64,000 nucleotides of DNA. It comes from a virus. Within the stretch, counting starts at the first letter, position 1. Each line of letters starts with the position of its first letter. The stretch is taken from the IMG/VR virus record IMGVR_UViG_3300046093_000295; one strand, given 5' to 3'. The notes below the pieces were generated by a model. The model had not been told where the DNA came from, did no database searches, and saw only the letters and a program-made list of their open reading frames with translations. This document shows, piece after piece, positions 33,893 to 44,310 of this stretch. The translations under genes were made by a program, and so were the position numbers.

Positions 33893-34531
33893 ATGAAAGT
33901 CAAAATTGGTCCGTTCCTGAATTATTGGGGCCCATACCAAATCGCTGAAGCTTTGTTCTTCTGGGTAAAGAAGTATGACAGCGAGTATGAAATTACTGAC
34001 GGTTACCGAAAGGTGGAAGCCTTTGGTGACTGGCTGGCAAAGGATCGACACGGTGGGGACTCAAAATTTGCTAAGCTGTGCGAATATGTTCACTCGAAAC
34101 GTAGCCGTTCAGTAAAAATCAGAATTGATTCTTATGACACATGGAATGCGGACGATACTTTAAGCCTAATCATTCTCCCGCTGCTAAAGCAATTAAAGCA
34201 CCAAAAGCAGGGCGCACCGTTCACTGATGATTGTGATGTTCCGATTTGGCTTCATTCAACATTGAAACCTGCGGAAAGGCCAAACGATATTGATGGCAAT
34301 CATCATGAACGCTGGGACTGGATTTTAGACGAAATGATTTGGGCGTTCGAGCAGAAATGTGATCCGAATTCAGATTCAAAGTTCTTTACCCATCATGATC
34401 GGAAGGATGATTCTATAGCTGCAAGAATTTCGTCAATTGAAATCGACCGCGTCGGCCTGATGAAACACGAGAAACGAGTAGAAAACGGTGAACGGCTTTT
34501 CGGCAAATATTTTAGCAACCTCTGGAGCTAA
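33893..34531 (+). CDS. conserved phage hypothetical protein
   Basis: DTW..D.TL..II.P.L...RW.WILDEMIWAF pattern. Confidence 0.7.
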   Translation: MKVKIGPFLNYWGPYQIAEALFFWVKKYDSEYEITDGYRKVEAFGDWLAKDRHGGDSKFAKLCEYVHSKRSRSVKIRIDSYDTWNADDTLSLIILPLLKQLKHQKQGAPFTDDCDVPIWLHSTLKPAERPNDIDGNHHERWDWILDEMIWAFEQKCDPNSDSKFFTHHDRKDDSIAARISSIEIDRVGLMKHEKRVENGERLFGKYFSNLWS

Positions 34532-34570
34532 AATAGAGTATAATTTGCTACGATGTTTTAAGGAGCTAAG

Positions 34571-34924
34571 ATGAAAATTGTGGATGAATTCGTTTGTGGG
34601 GATCGTGTAAGTTTTACCGACTCTGGCTGGGAAGCAGAACCTGTTTATGGGACTGTAATCCAAAGTGGGTGGGGAGTATTTGCTGGAAAAACTATGTCTG
34701 AAATAGAAGTTTCTTGGGACACAGGCGACTGTAAACGATCAGTTATTACTCTACCCGATGCACGAGTTCAGAAGCTGAACCATGCTGCTAAACGCGAAGT
34801 TCGTGTGGTTTTGCACACATCCAACGGGGATGTAGTTACCGCTTTCCCTAGAACTCTTTTAAAAGCTGCCGAACAGCTCATTATTTCTTATCTGGTAGAT
34901 GGGAAGAAATTTAGCGTTGAGTGA
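34571..34924 (+). CDS. hypothetical protein
   Basis: Promoter and AAGGAG RBS. Confidence 0.65.
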   Translation: MKIVDEFVCGDRVSFTDSGWEAEPVYGTVIQSGWGVFAGKTMSEIEVSWDTGDCKRSVITLPDARVQKLNHAAKREVRVVLHTSNGDVVTAFPRTLLKAAEQLIISYLVDGKKFSVE

Positions 34925-34930
34925 TTCAAC

Positions 34931-35731
34931 ATGACGCCTAAACCAGAACGTAAATTTTTAGTTATTGGGTCTGTCGCCTTATCGCACTGGGTCGATTTAA
35001 ATCGACCGCCTGGTGATATTGACATCATGTCCCAAAATCTGCCCTTTCAGCCTTCTCCCTGTCCATCCAAACTTCTCTTGGAAAACACGTGGTTCGGTTC
35101 AGCGTCTGAATACATGCTAGAAAATAACAAGCATGATGTCTTTTTAGATCTTAACTTTTTGTTCACGCTTAAAGTTTCTCATGCTGCTTGGGATATCAAG
35201 TGGGAAAAGACTATGTTTCATATCCATTTGATGAAAGTCGCCGGAGCAGAAATTGATCATGCTTTACTGAAGATGTTGAGAACGCATTGGGAAAAAGTGC
35301 ATTCTAAAAAGCGGATCAAGATGGATAAAATGAATGATGAATTTTTTGTGGATGCAGTTAACCGAAAAATTGATCATGACAAGCTCCACGAAATGGTTGC
35401 CCACCCGAACAGACCTGCAAATGAACTAATGAGGGAAAATCTGAATTCTCCGCTCTTTAGTTCAAAATTATGGAATGATTCTGCACCAGAGAATAAAATG
35501 CGTTGCGCAGTTGAAGAAACTGCTGTTATTGCGTTTGAGCGATATTTTGATTTTGGCATTTGCCGAAAGTCTCACCTTCTACAAGCTGTTTCTAAGGCTT
35601 TTAAGAATTTGGTTACCACTATGACTTACGGCGACTTTAATGTCTTTTTGATTTTAAATGCACAGAGAATCAAGCGAGAGGCTTCTGAGCTAGTGGAAGC
35701 AAAAATAGATGTTGTCAAAATAGTTGGGTAA
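34931..35731 (+). CDS. putative nucleotidyltransferase-fold protein
   Basis: IGSVAL...GDIDI motif. Confidence 0.55.
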   Translation: MTPKPERKFLVIGSVALSHWVDLNRPPGDIDIMSQNLPFQPSPCPSKLLLENTWFGSASEYMLENNKHDVFLDLNFLFTLKVSHAAWDIKWEKTMFHIHLMKVAGAEIDHALLKMLRTHWEKVHSKKRIKMDKMNDEFFVDAVNRKIDHDKLHEMVAHPNRPANELMRENLNSPLFSSKLWNDSAPENKMRCAVEETAVIAFERYFDFGICRKSHLLQAVSKAFKNLVTTMTYGDFNVFLILNAQRIKREASELVEAKIDVVKIVG

Positions 35732-35780
35732 AATCCAGAATTTGTTGTATAATTAATTTTTAAACTTTAAGAGGTAATTT

Positions 35781-37793
35781 ATGAACTTTGTAAACTTTCG
35801 GGCTGCAGTTGCTAAAACATTCAAAGACATGACTGCTGATGGAGCAGTACTGTTTCAAGCAAATATTGACAAAACCAAAATTTGGGAAGTATATCTTTCG
35901 TCCTTCCCAGAAGGTTCGAACCCAGTTTACAAAGTTAAAACAGAGCACGACTGTAATTGCTGTAAAGCAGTTATTCGCCAAGTAGGAGGTGCTGTTGCCA
36001 TTAAAGACGGTAAAGTGTATACAATTTGGGATGCGCTCATCAAAGGCGAACCAGAATATCAACAAGTTTCAAATGCTCTTGCAGCTTACGTACGGTCATG
36101 TGATATTTCTGGCGTGTTTTTGACCGCAGAACCAAAATTTGGCATTGAACGCAATTTTGAAAAGGCGGGTGGCAATGAAGTTATCCCCCACGATCACTTT
36201 TACTTGACAATTCCACGAAGCCTGCAGGCTTCGGAAAAGAATATTGGTCCTAAAAAGAGTGAATTTGAATCTACTCGTCATGTATTTCATCGTGGTTTGA
36301 CAGAGCTTACAGTCGATTCCTTGGAAACCGTATTGGAGCTGATTGCTCAGAATACGCTATATCGTGGAGCTGAACAGAAGTTTGCAGTGTCTTCCTTCCT
36401 AACGTTGAAACAAGCTTTTGATAAAGCCGAAAATAAAGAATTGTTTTCATGGGAAAAATCTGCTACCACCAATGCCGCAGTCGCCCGAATTAACAACAGC
36501 GCAATTGGAACCCTGCTGAATAACCTAAGCAAAGGCATGGATCTCGAGACTGCTGTTAAAGCATTTGAAACTGTGGTAGCACCGCACAATTACAAGCGGC
36601 CAACCGCTTTGGTAACTGAAAAAATGATTAATCAGGCCAAAGAAAAGGTTCAAGAACTTGGGCTAATGAGTGCTTTTAGTCGTCGGTTTGCTTCCCTGTC
36701 TGATGTGTCCATTAATGATGTGCTGTTCGCAGATCGCTCTATTAAAGCTGATTTGTCTGGTAGTGTGTTTGCAGACTTGTCAGCAACGGCTTCTTCGGCT
36801 CCTAAAAAGCTGGACAAATTACAAGACGTACCTATCGAAAAGTTTATTGCCGAGTACCTGCCAACAGCAACTTCTATTGAGTTGCTGCTAGATAATAAGC
36901 ACGCCAATCAAATGGTTAGCTTGGTGACAGCGGACGATGCAACTGCAGAGCGAATTTTCAAATGGGACAACAACTTTAGCTGGTCTTATCGCGGCGAAAC
37001 TGCTGATGCCATCAAGGAACGTGTGAAAGCCGCAGGAGGCAACGTAGATGCAGACGTTTGCTGCCGTTTGGCTTGGTCTAATTATGATGATTTGGATTTG
37101 CATTTGATCTGCCCATGTGGTAATGAAATTTCATTCCGCACTCGTACCGCCCGTTCGGGCGGTAAACTAGACATCGACATGAATGCTGCATTCGGAACTA
37201 CGCGTCAACCAGTTGAAAATATTTTCTTCTCAAACGCCAAGACTATGAAGGCCGGAAAATATCGTCTGTACGTAAATCAGTGGTCGCGCCGAGAGGAAAC
37301 CAATAAAGGATTTACCGTTCAGATTCAGATTCTGGGGACAATTCACTCTTTTGAATTTCAAGATAATGGTCGAAGCGGAATCAATACCGAAGTTGCGATC
37401 CTGACTTCTGACGGTAAAGGCAATATTGATATTGAGGGGTCAAAAGGTGTTGCAAAGAAACAAACTGTTTGGGGCATCTCAACGAATGAATTTGTGAAGG
37501 TTCACGCAATGATGTTGTCACCGAATTATTGGCAGCAACAGGTCGGTAATAAACATTACTTCTTTATGCTTGAGGGCTGCGAGAATGACGAAACCTCGCG
37601 AGGCTTTTATAATGAATTCTTGCGCAGCGATTTGGATGCACACCGCAAAGTATTTGAACTTTTGGCAAGTAAGAATAAGCCAAGCTTCACGAAGGATCAA
37701 TTGAGCGGAGTTGGATTCTCCAGTACAGTTGAAAATAAGGTAGTATGCCGGGTAACTGGTAAAACTGCACGCGTTATTAACATCGTTTTTTAA
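35781..37793 (+). CDS. large conserved phage hypothetical protein (670 aa)
   Basis: HDCNCC motif; C-terminal DLDLH..CP...LDIDMN beta-sandwich-like segment. Confidence 0.75.
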   Translation: MNFVNFRAAVAKTFKDMTADGAVLFQANIDKTKIWEVYLSSFPEGSNPVYKVKTEHDCNCCKAVIRQVGGAVAIKDGKVYTIWDALIKGEPEYQQVSNALAAYVRSCDISGVFLTAEPKFGIERNFEKAGGNEVIPHDHFYLTIPRSLQASEKNIGPKKSEFESTRHVFHRGLTELTVDSLETVLELIAQNTLYRGAEQKFAVSSFLTLKQAFDKAENKELFSWEKSATTNAAVARINNSAIGTLLNNLSKGMDLETAVKAFETVVAPHNYKRPTALVTEKMINQAKEKVQELGLMSAFSRRFASLSDVSINDVLFADRSIKADLSGSVFADLSATASSAPKKLDKLQDVPIEKFIAEYLPTATSIELLLDNKHANQMVSLVTADDATAERIFKWDNNFSWSYRGETADAIKERVKAAGGNVDADVCCRLAWSNYDDLDLHLICPCGNEISFRTRTARSGGKLDIDMNAAFGTTRQPVENIFFSNAKTMKAGKYRLYVNQWSRREETNKGFTVQIQILGTIHSFEFQDNGRSGINTEVAILTSDGKGNIDIEGSKGVAKKQTVWGISTNEFVKVHAMMLSPNYWQQQVGNKHYFFMLEGCENDETSRGFYNEFLRSDLDAHRKVFELLASKNKPSFTKDQLSGVGFSSTVENKVVCRVTGKTARVINIVF

Positions 37794-37809
37794 TTTTAAA
37801 GGAAAAGTC

Positions 37810-38193
37810 ATGAACATTTTTGAACAAGCAACTCGCCAAGGTTTCCGTTTTTCGTCGAAAATAGGTCTTATCACTACCGAAGATCTGTGGGCACTTCCGC
37901 TGACTTCTAGCACAGGCGTTTCTCTAGATGGGGTTGCTCGCCAACTTCACAAGGAAATCCAAGCTAGCAGCGTACCCTCTTTTGTTGAAGTCAAAACCGA
38001 AAGCAACAGTCTTCTAGAAGCTCAAATCGAAGTTGTTAAGCACATCATTGCGGTTAAGCTCGAAGAAAAGAATATTCGGGATGCAGCACGTGAAACTGCT
38101 GCTAAGAAACAGCGCATCATGGAATTGATCCAGAATAAAAAGGATGCTGCACTGGCAGATATGAGCATCGAGGAACTGGAAAAAATGCTGTAA
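37810..38193 (+). CDS. coiled-coil hypothetical protein
   Basis: ORF with AAGGA RBS. Confidence 0.7.
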   Translation: MNIFEQATRQGFRFSSKIGLITTEDLWALPLTSSTGVSLDGVARQLHKEIQASSVPSFVEVKTESNSLLEAQIEVVKHIIAVKLEEKNIRDAARETAAKKQRIMELIQNKKDAALADMSIEELEKML

Positions 38194-38440
38194 TTCTTTA
38201 AAGCATTAGGAAATCCCTGAATTTGTAGTACAATACATTTCAGGGGATTTTTACATGTGTCACTCGACAATTATGTTGATGGCGTTGTTCGCTGGGTTGC
38301 CTTATCAGCAATTTGCAATTTCACGCCTTTACATGACGTAATTGGGGCATTGGATCGAACAATAGGCCAATAGGCCAATAGGATGCCTTTTTGCCCGGAT
38401 CTACGGGTTGATAAATCAATTTTGAACTGTGAGGAATTTT

Positions 38441-39061
38441 ATGTTTGATCAAATTTTTACTGCTTTTTTGAACGTAAGCGGGCTTGAATGGTCTGCAATT
38501 TTTGCAACTGTTCTCTGCGTATTTTTAGCCGGTCGTAACAGTGTCCATTCTTGGTGGATTGGGATTATCGGCACGATATTGTATGCTATGCTGTTTTATC
38601 AGTTCAACCTCTTTGCAGACGTGTCGTTGCAAATGTTCTTTGTACTAACAGGGTTTATTGGTTGGTACAGCTGGGCCAATCCTGATTGGAAGGTTTCATT
38701 CATTGAACCAAGCGAGAAGATTTCTAAAGCCACGACTAAATCTTCTCTGATCATGTTTATTGGCGCAGTATCTGTTGCGATCTGTTATGGCGTACTTCTA
38801 AAGACATTTACTACGGCTTATGCACCATTTGTTGACAGTTTAGTGTTGACATTTAGCGTTGTTGCACAATTACTCCTAATGCGCCGAAAACTTGAAAACT
38901 GGCCATTCTGGATCCTGGTAAACACTGTTGCAGTTCCCCTTTATTGGAGTCGAGAATTGTATCCTACTGCAATCATGTACACAGCATTTTGGGTTCATGC
39001 TTGGTGGGCATGGCACAAATGGAAAATCATTATTACGGAGCAAAACAATGAACGTGTATAA
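38441..39061 (+). CDS. pnuC: nicotinamide riboside transporter PnuC
   Basis: Multi-TM; DS....SVVAQ.L..RR.LENW.FWI..N. Confidence 0.9.
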   Translation: MFDQIFTAFLNVSGLEWSAIFATVLCVFLAGRNSVHSWWIGIIGTILYAMLFYQFNLFADVSLQMFFVLTGFIGWYSWANPDWKVSFIEPSEKISKATTKSSLIMFIGAVSVAICYGVLLKTFTTAYAPFVDSLVLTFSVVAQLLLMRRKLENWPFWILVNTVAVPLYWSRELYPTAIMYTAFWVHAWWAWHKWKIIITEQNNERV

Positions 39062-39482
39062 TTTATTATCATCACTTAACGGCGATAACCTTCAAGTTGG
39101 GACTTACCCCGCAATTGCATCAGGCAACGAAAGTCGAGTTGTCTATCGGGATAAAACATTCGTATTTAAATTCGAAAATTATGTCAAGGGTTTTAATGTA
39201 CCTGACGCCATTACTGTTGATGGTGATGGTTCGGTTCGTTCAAAAGTCTTGGGAAAGCCAGTTTCGCAAGAAGCTAAAGAGCCTGAAACCGTTGAGACCA
39301 AACTTAACCCGGGTTCGTATTCTGCGCAAGCTTCGGGCCACACGAGCAGGGTCATCCACGCTGGAAAAGCATTTACTTTTAAATTTGAGACTGGGGTAAG
39401 AGGTTTAAATCTAAACGATACAGTGTATGTCAATGATGACGGGTCTGTTAAATCTGAACTCTTGGGCGCAGAAGTAAAATGA
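39048..39482 (+). CDS. hypothetical protein with internal domain duplication
   Basis: Two copies of RV....F.FKFE..V.G.N..D...V..DGSV.S..LG. Confidence 0.7.
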   Translation: MNVYNLLSSLNGDNLQVGTYPAIASGNESRVVYRDKTFVFKFENYVKGFNVPDAITVDGDGSVRSKVLGKPVSQEAKEPETVETKLNPGSYSAQASGHTSRVIHAGKAFTFKFETGVRGLNLNDTVYVNDDGSVKSELLGAEVK

Positions 39483-40006
39483 CAATTGGATTGGTGGTTG
39501 GAAAATTTTGCCCGTTGCACTTTGGCCACGAGCTGCTGATTAACACTGCGCTTGAAAAAGTTGACCAACTGCTAATCATTTCTTACACTTCTAGGGATCT
39601 TGGGTTCTCAGCAAGTGTTAGGAAAAAGATGTTAGCATCTCGGTTTCCAACTGCCACCGTAATTATGCCAACTGAAGGAATACCCGACGACTTTGGGGGA
39701 GAAGATGTTCATAGGGAATTCTGTTTTCAAATAGCAAAGATTGCAAATATGCTTCCTGATATTGTGTTTACATCTGAAGATTATGGCGTTGGATTCGCAG
39801 CATATCTTTCAAAAAGATCGGGCAAGCCAGTCAAGCATTTTGAAGTCGACAAAGCACGAAAAAATGTTCCCATTAGTGCAACTTTGCTAAGAAATGACAG
39901 TACAATACATCATCAGTTCATTCATACAGATGTAAGAAAGATCATGTTGAAAGCAGTCATTGATAAAAATGACGTTCGAATTTGTGAAACGGAAATCAAA
40001 CTATGA
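39479..40006 (+). CDS. nadR: NadR-like NMN adenylyltransferase domain
   Basis: GKFCPLHFGH HxGH motif, FTSEDYG, ISAT..R. Confidence 0.85.
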   Translation: MTIGLVVGKFCPLHFGHELLINTALEKVDQLLIISYTSRDLGFSASVRKKMLASRFPTATVIMPTEGIPDDFGGEDVHREFCFQIAKIANMLPDIVFTSEDYGVGFAAYLSKRSGKPVKHFEVDKARKNVPISATLLRNDSTIHHQFIHTDVRKIMLKAVIDKNDVRICETEIKL

Positions 40007-40521
40007 CTTTAAAAATCGCTCTTATTGGTGGAGAGTCTTCTGGGAAGACAACTCTTGCAAATGCGCTTTCACAGTCTTTGGAAATCCCCGTTGTTCAAGA
40101 ATATGGACGCATTCTTGGCCAGTTTATTGGGAACATTTATAACAAAGACGATATGCGTCATATTTGTTCTGTGCAATGTCGCATGGAGGATAAAGCGGTT
40201 CTTCATGCTAAAGAGAATAGTATTGATTTTGTGGTTTGTGATACTACTCCGTTAGTAACGATGTTTTATTCTAACGTATGGTACAATTATGTTGATATGT
40301 CAATTACTGAACAAGCTGAAAATCGGAACTATGATTTTGTGTTTTTATGCAAGCGGGATTTTCCATTTGTGAATGACGGCACTAGGGGTCCTGAAGAGTT
40401 TAGCTTGCTGCAAGAAAAATTTTACGAAGATTACTTAGAGGCGCACAAAATACCGTATAATGTTTTGACTGGACCCGTTCGATCTAGGGTTGAACAAGTC
40501 GCGAAAGTTTTAGGAATTTGA
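40003..40521 (+). CDS. nadR: NadR-like ribosylnicotinamide kinase domain
   Basis: GGESSGKTT P-loop, EYGR, CDT, F..DGTR. Confidence 0.87.
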   Translation: MTLKIALIGGESSGKTTLANALSQSLEIPVVQEYGRILGQFIGNIYNKDDMRHICSVQCRMEDKAVLHAKENSIDFVVCDTTPLVTMFYSNVWYNYVDMSITEQAENRNYDFVFLCKRDFPFVNDGTRGPEEFSLLQEKFYEDYLEAHKIPYNVLTGPVRSRVEQVAKVLGI

Positions 40522-40596
40522 AATTGGGAAATTTACTTTCAGAGCAGCTTTAATCAAAATTGAATAATAGTGCATACATTATAATCGTTTTAAACT

Positions 40597-41013
40597 ATGA
40601 AACATCAAACTATGAAACACAGAAATTGCGAATACATTTTGGCCTTTGCTTTAGGTAAAGGAGTTCAGTACAGAATGTCATCAGGAGAATGGGCTGACAT
40701 TCTGTCTCTCCGTGATTTGGACTATCGCTCCGAATACCGATTGAAACCAAAGACACAAATTATCAATGGGATTGAGGTTCCTGGTCCGATGACCGTGTGG
40801 CCTAAACGTGGCGCATCTTGTTTTTATCCGGATATTACCGTCGAAACATTTTATGGTTGGTTTGATTGGCAGGACCATGAATACTCAAGTCATGAATACT
40901 CAAGGCGGCTTTTTGATCGTGGGTTGATTTTTGACAACAAGGAAGACGCCATCACGGTTGCAAAAGCCATGCTTGGCATTTTGAATACTGTTGATGATCC
41001 CGAGTCTGATTAA
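40597..41013 (+). CDS. hypothetical protein
   Basis: ORF. Confidence 0.65.
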   Translation: MKHQTMKHRNCEYILAFALGKGVQYRMSSGEWADILSLRDLDYRSEYRLKPKTQIINGIEVPGPMTVWPKRGASCFYPDITVETFYGWFDWQDHEYSSHEYSRRLFDRGLIFDNKEDAITVAKAMLGILNTVDDPESD

Positions 41014-41027
41014 AACTGGGAACTTAT

Positions 41028-41405
41028 ATGATTTCAATGGATAAGAAATACAAAACCGCATACGGTGAACCTGTTCGCATTTTGTGCGTTGATGGTCCTG
41101 ATACAAACTTTCCAGTTATCGGAATTAACGTATATGGGATTTACACTTGGGATATTCATGGAGTATCACGATACGAAAACTCAAATCTTGAACTCATAGA
41201 AGTGTCTGAATGGGATGACTTCAAAATTGATGACAAAGTAATCGTTTCTATGAATAACGAAAATTGCCATAAACGGTATTTTGCAGGTGTATCCCTTACT
41301 GGACACCCTATGACTTTTGCAGAAGGTACTACTTCTTGGACTTCAAAATCCGCCCCAGTCATTTGGAATTTATGCCGTAAACCGACTGAAGAAGAATTGA
41401 AATGA
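41028..41405 (+). CDS. hypothetical protein
   Basis: ORF. Confidence 0.65.
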   Translation: MISMDKKYKTAYGEPVRILCVDGPDTNFPVIGINVYGIYTWDIHGVSRYENSNLELIEVSEWDDFKIDDKVIVSMNNENCHKRYFAGVSLTGHPMTFAEGTTSWTSKSAPVIWNLCRKPTEEELK

Positions 41406-41770
41406 AATTCAAAACTGTCAATATGATCGAGGACTCCGAATGGGATGCTATGGTAGTTGCCGAATATGGTAAGCCATATTCATTCCAGCAGCAAGCCGGG
41501 TGTAAAGATCGAGGAGTATATGAATTTAGTATTCCTTTGATTTGTGAGTCTTGGGATTACACAAATATTTCAATCCCAGAAACTACTTCCACTGATAAAA
41601 TGGGAGTTTCATTTCGTGCTTGGTTGGATCGCGATCCTGTCAATATGAGCTACAACAATGAACTTTGGTGGCATAGAAACTTCTATCCTGACGTCACAAC
41701 GATCATTGAAGATCTTGCTGCCAAAGGTAAACTTGCTCCTGGAAATTACTTAATTAATATTGATTGGTGA
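41402..41770 (+). CDS. hypothetical protein
   Basis: ORF with ATGA overlap. Confidence 0.65.
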   Translation: MKFKTVNMIEDSEWDAMVVAEYGKPYSFQQQAGCKDRGVYEFSIPLICESWDYTNISIPETTSTDKMGVSFRAWLDRDPVNMSYNNELWWHRNFYPDVTTIIEDLAAKGKLAPGNYLINIDW

Positions 41771-42009
41771 ACATGAAAGTCTTCGCTGCATTGTACTCAG
41801 ATGGGCCAGGATCTGTCGCCGGCATACTGTCCTTGCACTTTAGTAAAGAGTGTGCAATAATGGCTGTTCTTTCACACAAGGAAACCCTCAAGCAGGAATT
41901 CCTCCGTCTTAAAGAAGAATACCCAGATATCTGGGATGATGAGTGGAGCGAAGAATGTGGTTCGGGCTTTGATTTCTGGACGATCGAAGAAATTGAAGTT
42001 CAGCCATGA
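41764..42009 (+). CDS. hypothetical protein
   Basis: ORF. Confidence 0.55.
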   Translation: MVNMKVFAALYSDGPGSVAGILSLHFSKECAIMAVLSHKETLKQEFLRLKEEYPDIWDDEWSEECGSGFDFWTIEEIEVQP

Positions 42010-42194
42010 CTTTTCAGTTTGCAAGCTGCAAATGTTCTGAGCCTGCCGTAAAACAGACATGCAATTCTTGCTGGGTGGAATCACGAGTTCGGGGTCTGGC
42101 TAACCCGGCCCTGCAAACTTCTTTGCAGAATCAAAATGTAGGATTCTTTCCGAAAGATTTGAAATCCGCAACTGCGATTTGGCGAAATCTGTAG
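42006..42194 (+). CDS. small Cys-containing hypothetical protein
   Basis: ORF with ATGA overlap. Confidence 0.4.
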   Translation: MTFQFASCKCSEPAVKQTCNSCWVESRVRGLANPALQTSLQNQNVGFFPKDLKSATAIWRNL

Positions 42195-42206
42195 TACAAT
42201 TCGCTT

Positions 42207-42710
42207 ATGAACTTCACAAAAACCTCAATCGATTTCCTAGATTCTCCTGAACGCTTTACCACCGTAGGGGATTTTGTAAACCGTCTCATCCCGATGAGCC
42301 AACTTGATTCTGAAACTGAAAATGAAATTCGCGCAGAAGTCCTTGAGCTCGGATTTTCTCTCCTACCACAACAGTCTCGCAATTTTGATTCGGCCATTCC
42401 TGGCGGTTTCTTTGAGATACAGTGGCATGACCATTCGGTAAAGGAACATGACGATGATGTTTGCGCCCCATGTTTGTTCTGTGTGATCCCGTTTAAAACT
42501 GGTGCCGTTTCAAAAAGCATTTATAGTTCCGCAGGGGAACTTACTTACTTTGATAGTTCGGGTAAGAAGAAAACACAAGAGCTACATGTTGGGGAACCAC
42601 TCATCTTTAACCCAAGAAAACCACACAGCTTAAATTACTACGGGGTCGAAGTGAAGCTAATTATCTTTTCTGTCGTGAAAAACAAAGTTCACGCTGAAAG
42701 AAGTATTTGA
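42207..42710 (+). CDS. possible 2OG-Fe(II)/cupin-fold protein
   Basis: IQWHDH ... LIFNPRKPHS double-stranded beta-helix-like motifs. Confidence 0.4.
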   Translation: MNFTKTSIDFLDSPERFTTVGDFVNRLIPMSQLDSETENEIRAEVLELGFSLLPQQSRNFDSAIPGGFFEIQWHDHSVKEHDDDVCAPCLFCVIPFKTGAVSKSIYSSAGELTYFDSSGKKKTQELHVGEPLIFNPRKPHSLNYYGVEVKLIIFSVVKNKVHAERSI

Positions 42711-42799
42711 TGTACAATAGCTGAGCGTCTATTTCCGGTAAACCTTAAAAGGTTTAAACGCAAGCGCAAACAGTTAAAACCGATTTGGAGAATTAAATT

Positions 42800-43231
42800 A
42801 TGGGAATGTATACCGGTTTTCGTGCTGATGTGGTGATCAAACCAGAATATCGCGACATGATTTGCTCAATCATGGGGGAGGGTAATTATTCATGGAAACA
42901 TTTTATTGGGAAATTCCCTTTCCTGGAAAAGTTCGCTATGAAAAATCGTGCCAATTTTATTCCATTCGGGGCATTGTGCTATATGCCCGACGAATGGGAA
43001 ACCAATGAGCGGTTTGTGCGACACTTTGATGCAACAACCGGTCGATGGACGTTTGCGTGCTCTCTGAAGAATTACGAATCTGAAATTTATTTGTTTTGCA
43101 CGTCTGTGCTTTCTGAGATTGCAGAATCCGGCAACTTTGAAATTCTATATGAGGAGTGGGAACAGGCTGAGTCCTATCGCATCGAAGATTTCGAGCAATA
43201 TAGATCACAATTTGAACAGCAACAAGACTGA
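42800..43231 (+). CDS. hypothetical protein
   Basis: MGMYT N-terminus, GGAG RBS. Confidence 0.7.
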   Translation: MGMYTGFRADVVIKPEYRDMICSIMGEGNYSWKHFIGKFPFLEKFAMKNRANFIPFGALCYMPDEWETNERFVRHFDATTGRWTFACSLKNYESEIYLFCTSVLSEIAESGNFEILYEEWEQAESYRIEDFEQYRSQFEQQQD

Positions 43232-43311
43232 AACAAAATGAATTCAAAAGATAAAAAGCATGATACTTTCCTTGGAAGCAAGGAAGAGCGATTTTCGTTC
43301 TTCTCGAAACA

Positions 43312-43617
43312 ATGTCAATAAAGCACGAAATAACCGCCATCATTTATGATAAACGCGGAAGGGTCCTTTCAGTCGGTAAGAATTCTTATATTAAAACGCA
43401 TACTATCCAAGCAAGGCACGCAAATGCTGTAGGCTTGCCTCATAAAAAGTTTTTGCATGCTGAAATTGATGCCATTATTAAATGCCGCGCAATTGATAAA
43501 GCCCATAAAATTTTCATTAGTCGACCTACAAAAACCGGTTATGGTTTAGCTAAACCCTGTCCTATATGTGAACGAGCCATTAAAATGGCTGGAATAGAAA
43601 TAATCGAGCATACATGA
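43312..43617 (+). CDS. zinc-dependent deaminase-fold protein
   Basis: LHAEIDAI and KPCPIC motifs. Confidence 0.8.
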   Translation: MSIKHEITAIIYDKRGRVLSVGKNSYIKTHTIQARHANAVGLPHKKFLHAEIDAIIKCRAIDKAHKIFISRPTKTGYGLAKPCPICERAIKMAGIEIIEHT

Positions 43618-43886
43618 TGACGTTTCAGCAACTCTATACAAAAATTGCTATTGAAAAGTTTTATCTACGGCCCAATTACCCTAGAATGGATAATTGGGCC
43701 GTAGATCTTTATGAAACCCCATCAGGATTTATTGCTGGAATGTCTGACGGCGGTTATTGCCGATGGGTCGGGTTCAAACATGGGGACAAAATAAAATGGA
43801 AGGTTTCTGACAATTATCCCAATCCATTAGAATTCATTGGGATTACTGAAGAAGAATTTCAAAATTTGCCATTTCCAGGGAACTAA
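43614..43886 (+). CDS. hypothetical protein
   Basis: ORF. Confidence 0.55.
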   Translation: MMTFQQLYTKIAIEKFYLRPNYPRMDNWAVDLYETPSGFIAGMSDGGYCRWVGFKHGDKIKWKVSDNYPNPLEFIGITEEEFQNLPFPGN

Positions 43887-43892
43887 CCCCTT

Positions 43893-44258
43893 ATGCAAAA
43901 CTTTAAACTGTTTGTTGGGGAAACTTCACCCGACCAGATGCAACTGGATGAAATGACTTCGGTATCTACTCGATTCTCGGGTTTAGGTCATTTCATTTGG
44001 GTTTATCCCAGGGGTGGAGCCAAGCATGGACCTAGAATCAAAGTTTCGAATACCTCAGGAAAATTTGATGCTGTCGACAACTTCAGTGTTTCCATTTCGC
44101 TTGAACCAGAAATTCGAGCGGGAATTTGTAAATTAGAACTAGATGATTTAGATTCGGTCAAGGACTGGATTCGGATTAATTATGATCATCTACAGAACGT
44201 CTGGAATTCCGATACGATGGATTCTGGGGATCATCTTGCTGGAATTCAAAAAATTTAA
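43893..44258 (+). CDS. hypothetical protein (KHGPRIKV motif)
   Basis: ORF; leader MQNFKLFVGE. Confidence 0.6.
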   Translation: MQNFKLFVGETSPDQMQLDEMTSVSTRFSGLGHFIWVYPRGGAKHGPRIKVSNTSGKFDAVDNFSVSISLEPEIRAGICKLELDDLDSVKDWIRINYDHLQNVWNSDTMDSGDHLAGIQKI

Positions 44259-44310
44259 AGATTTTGGAAATGCCCCAAAATATGCGAGGTTCTACTGTAT
44301 AATTGCATCT

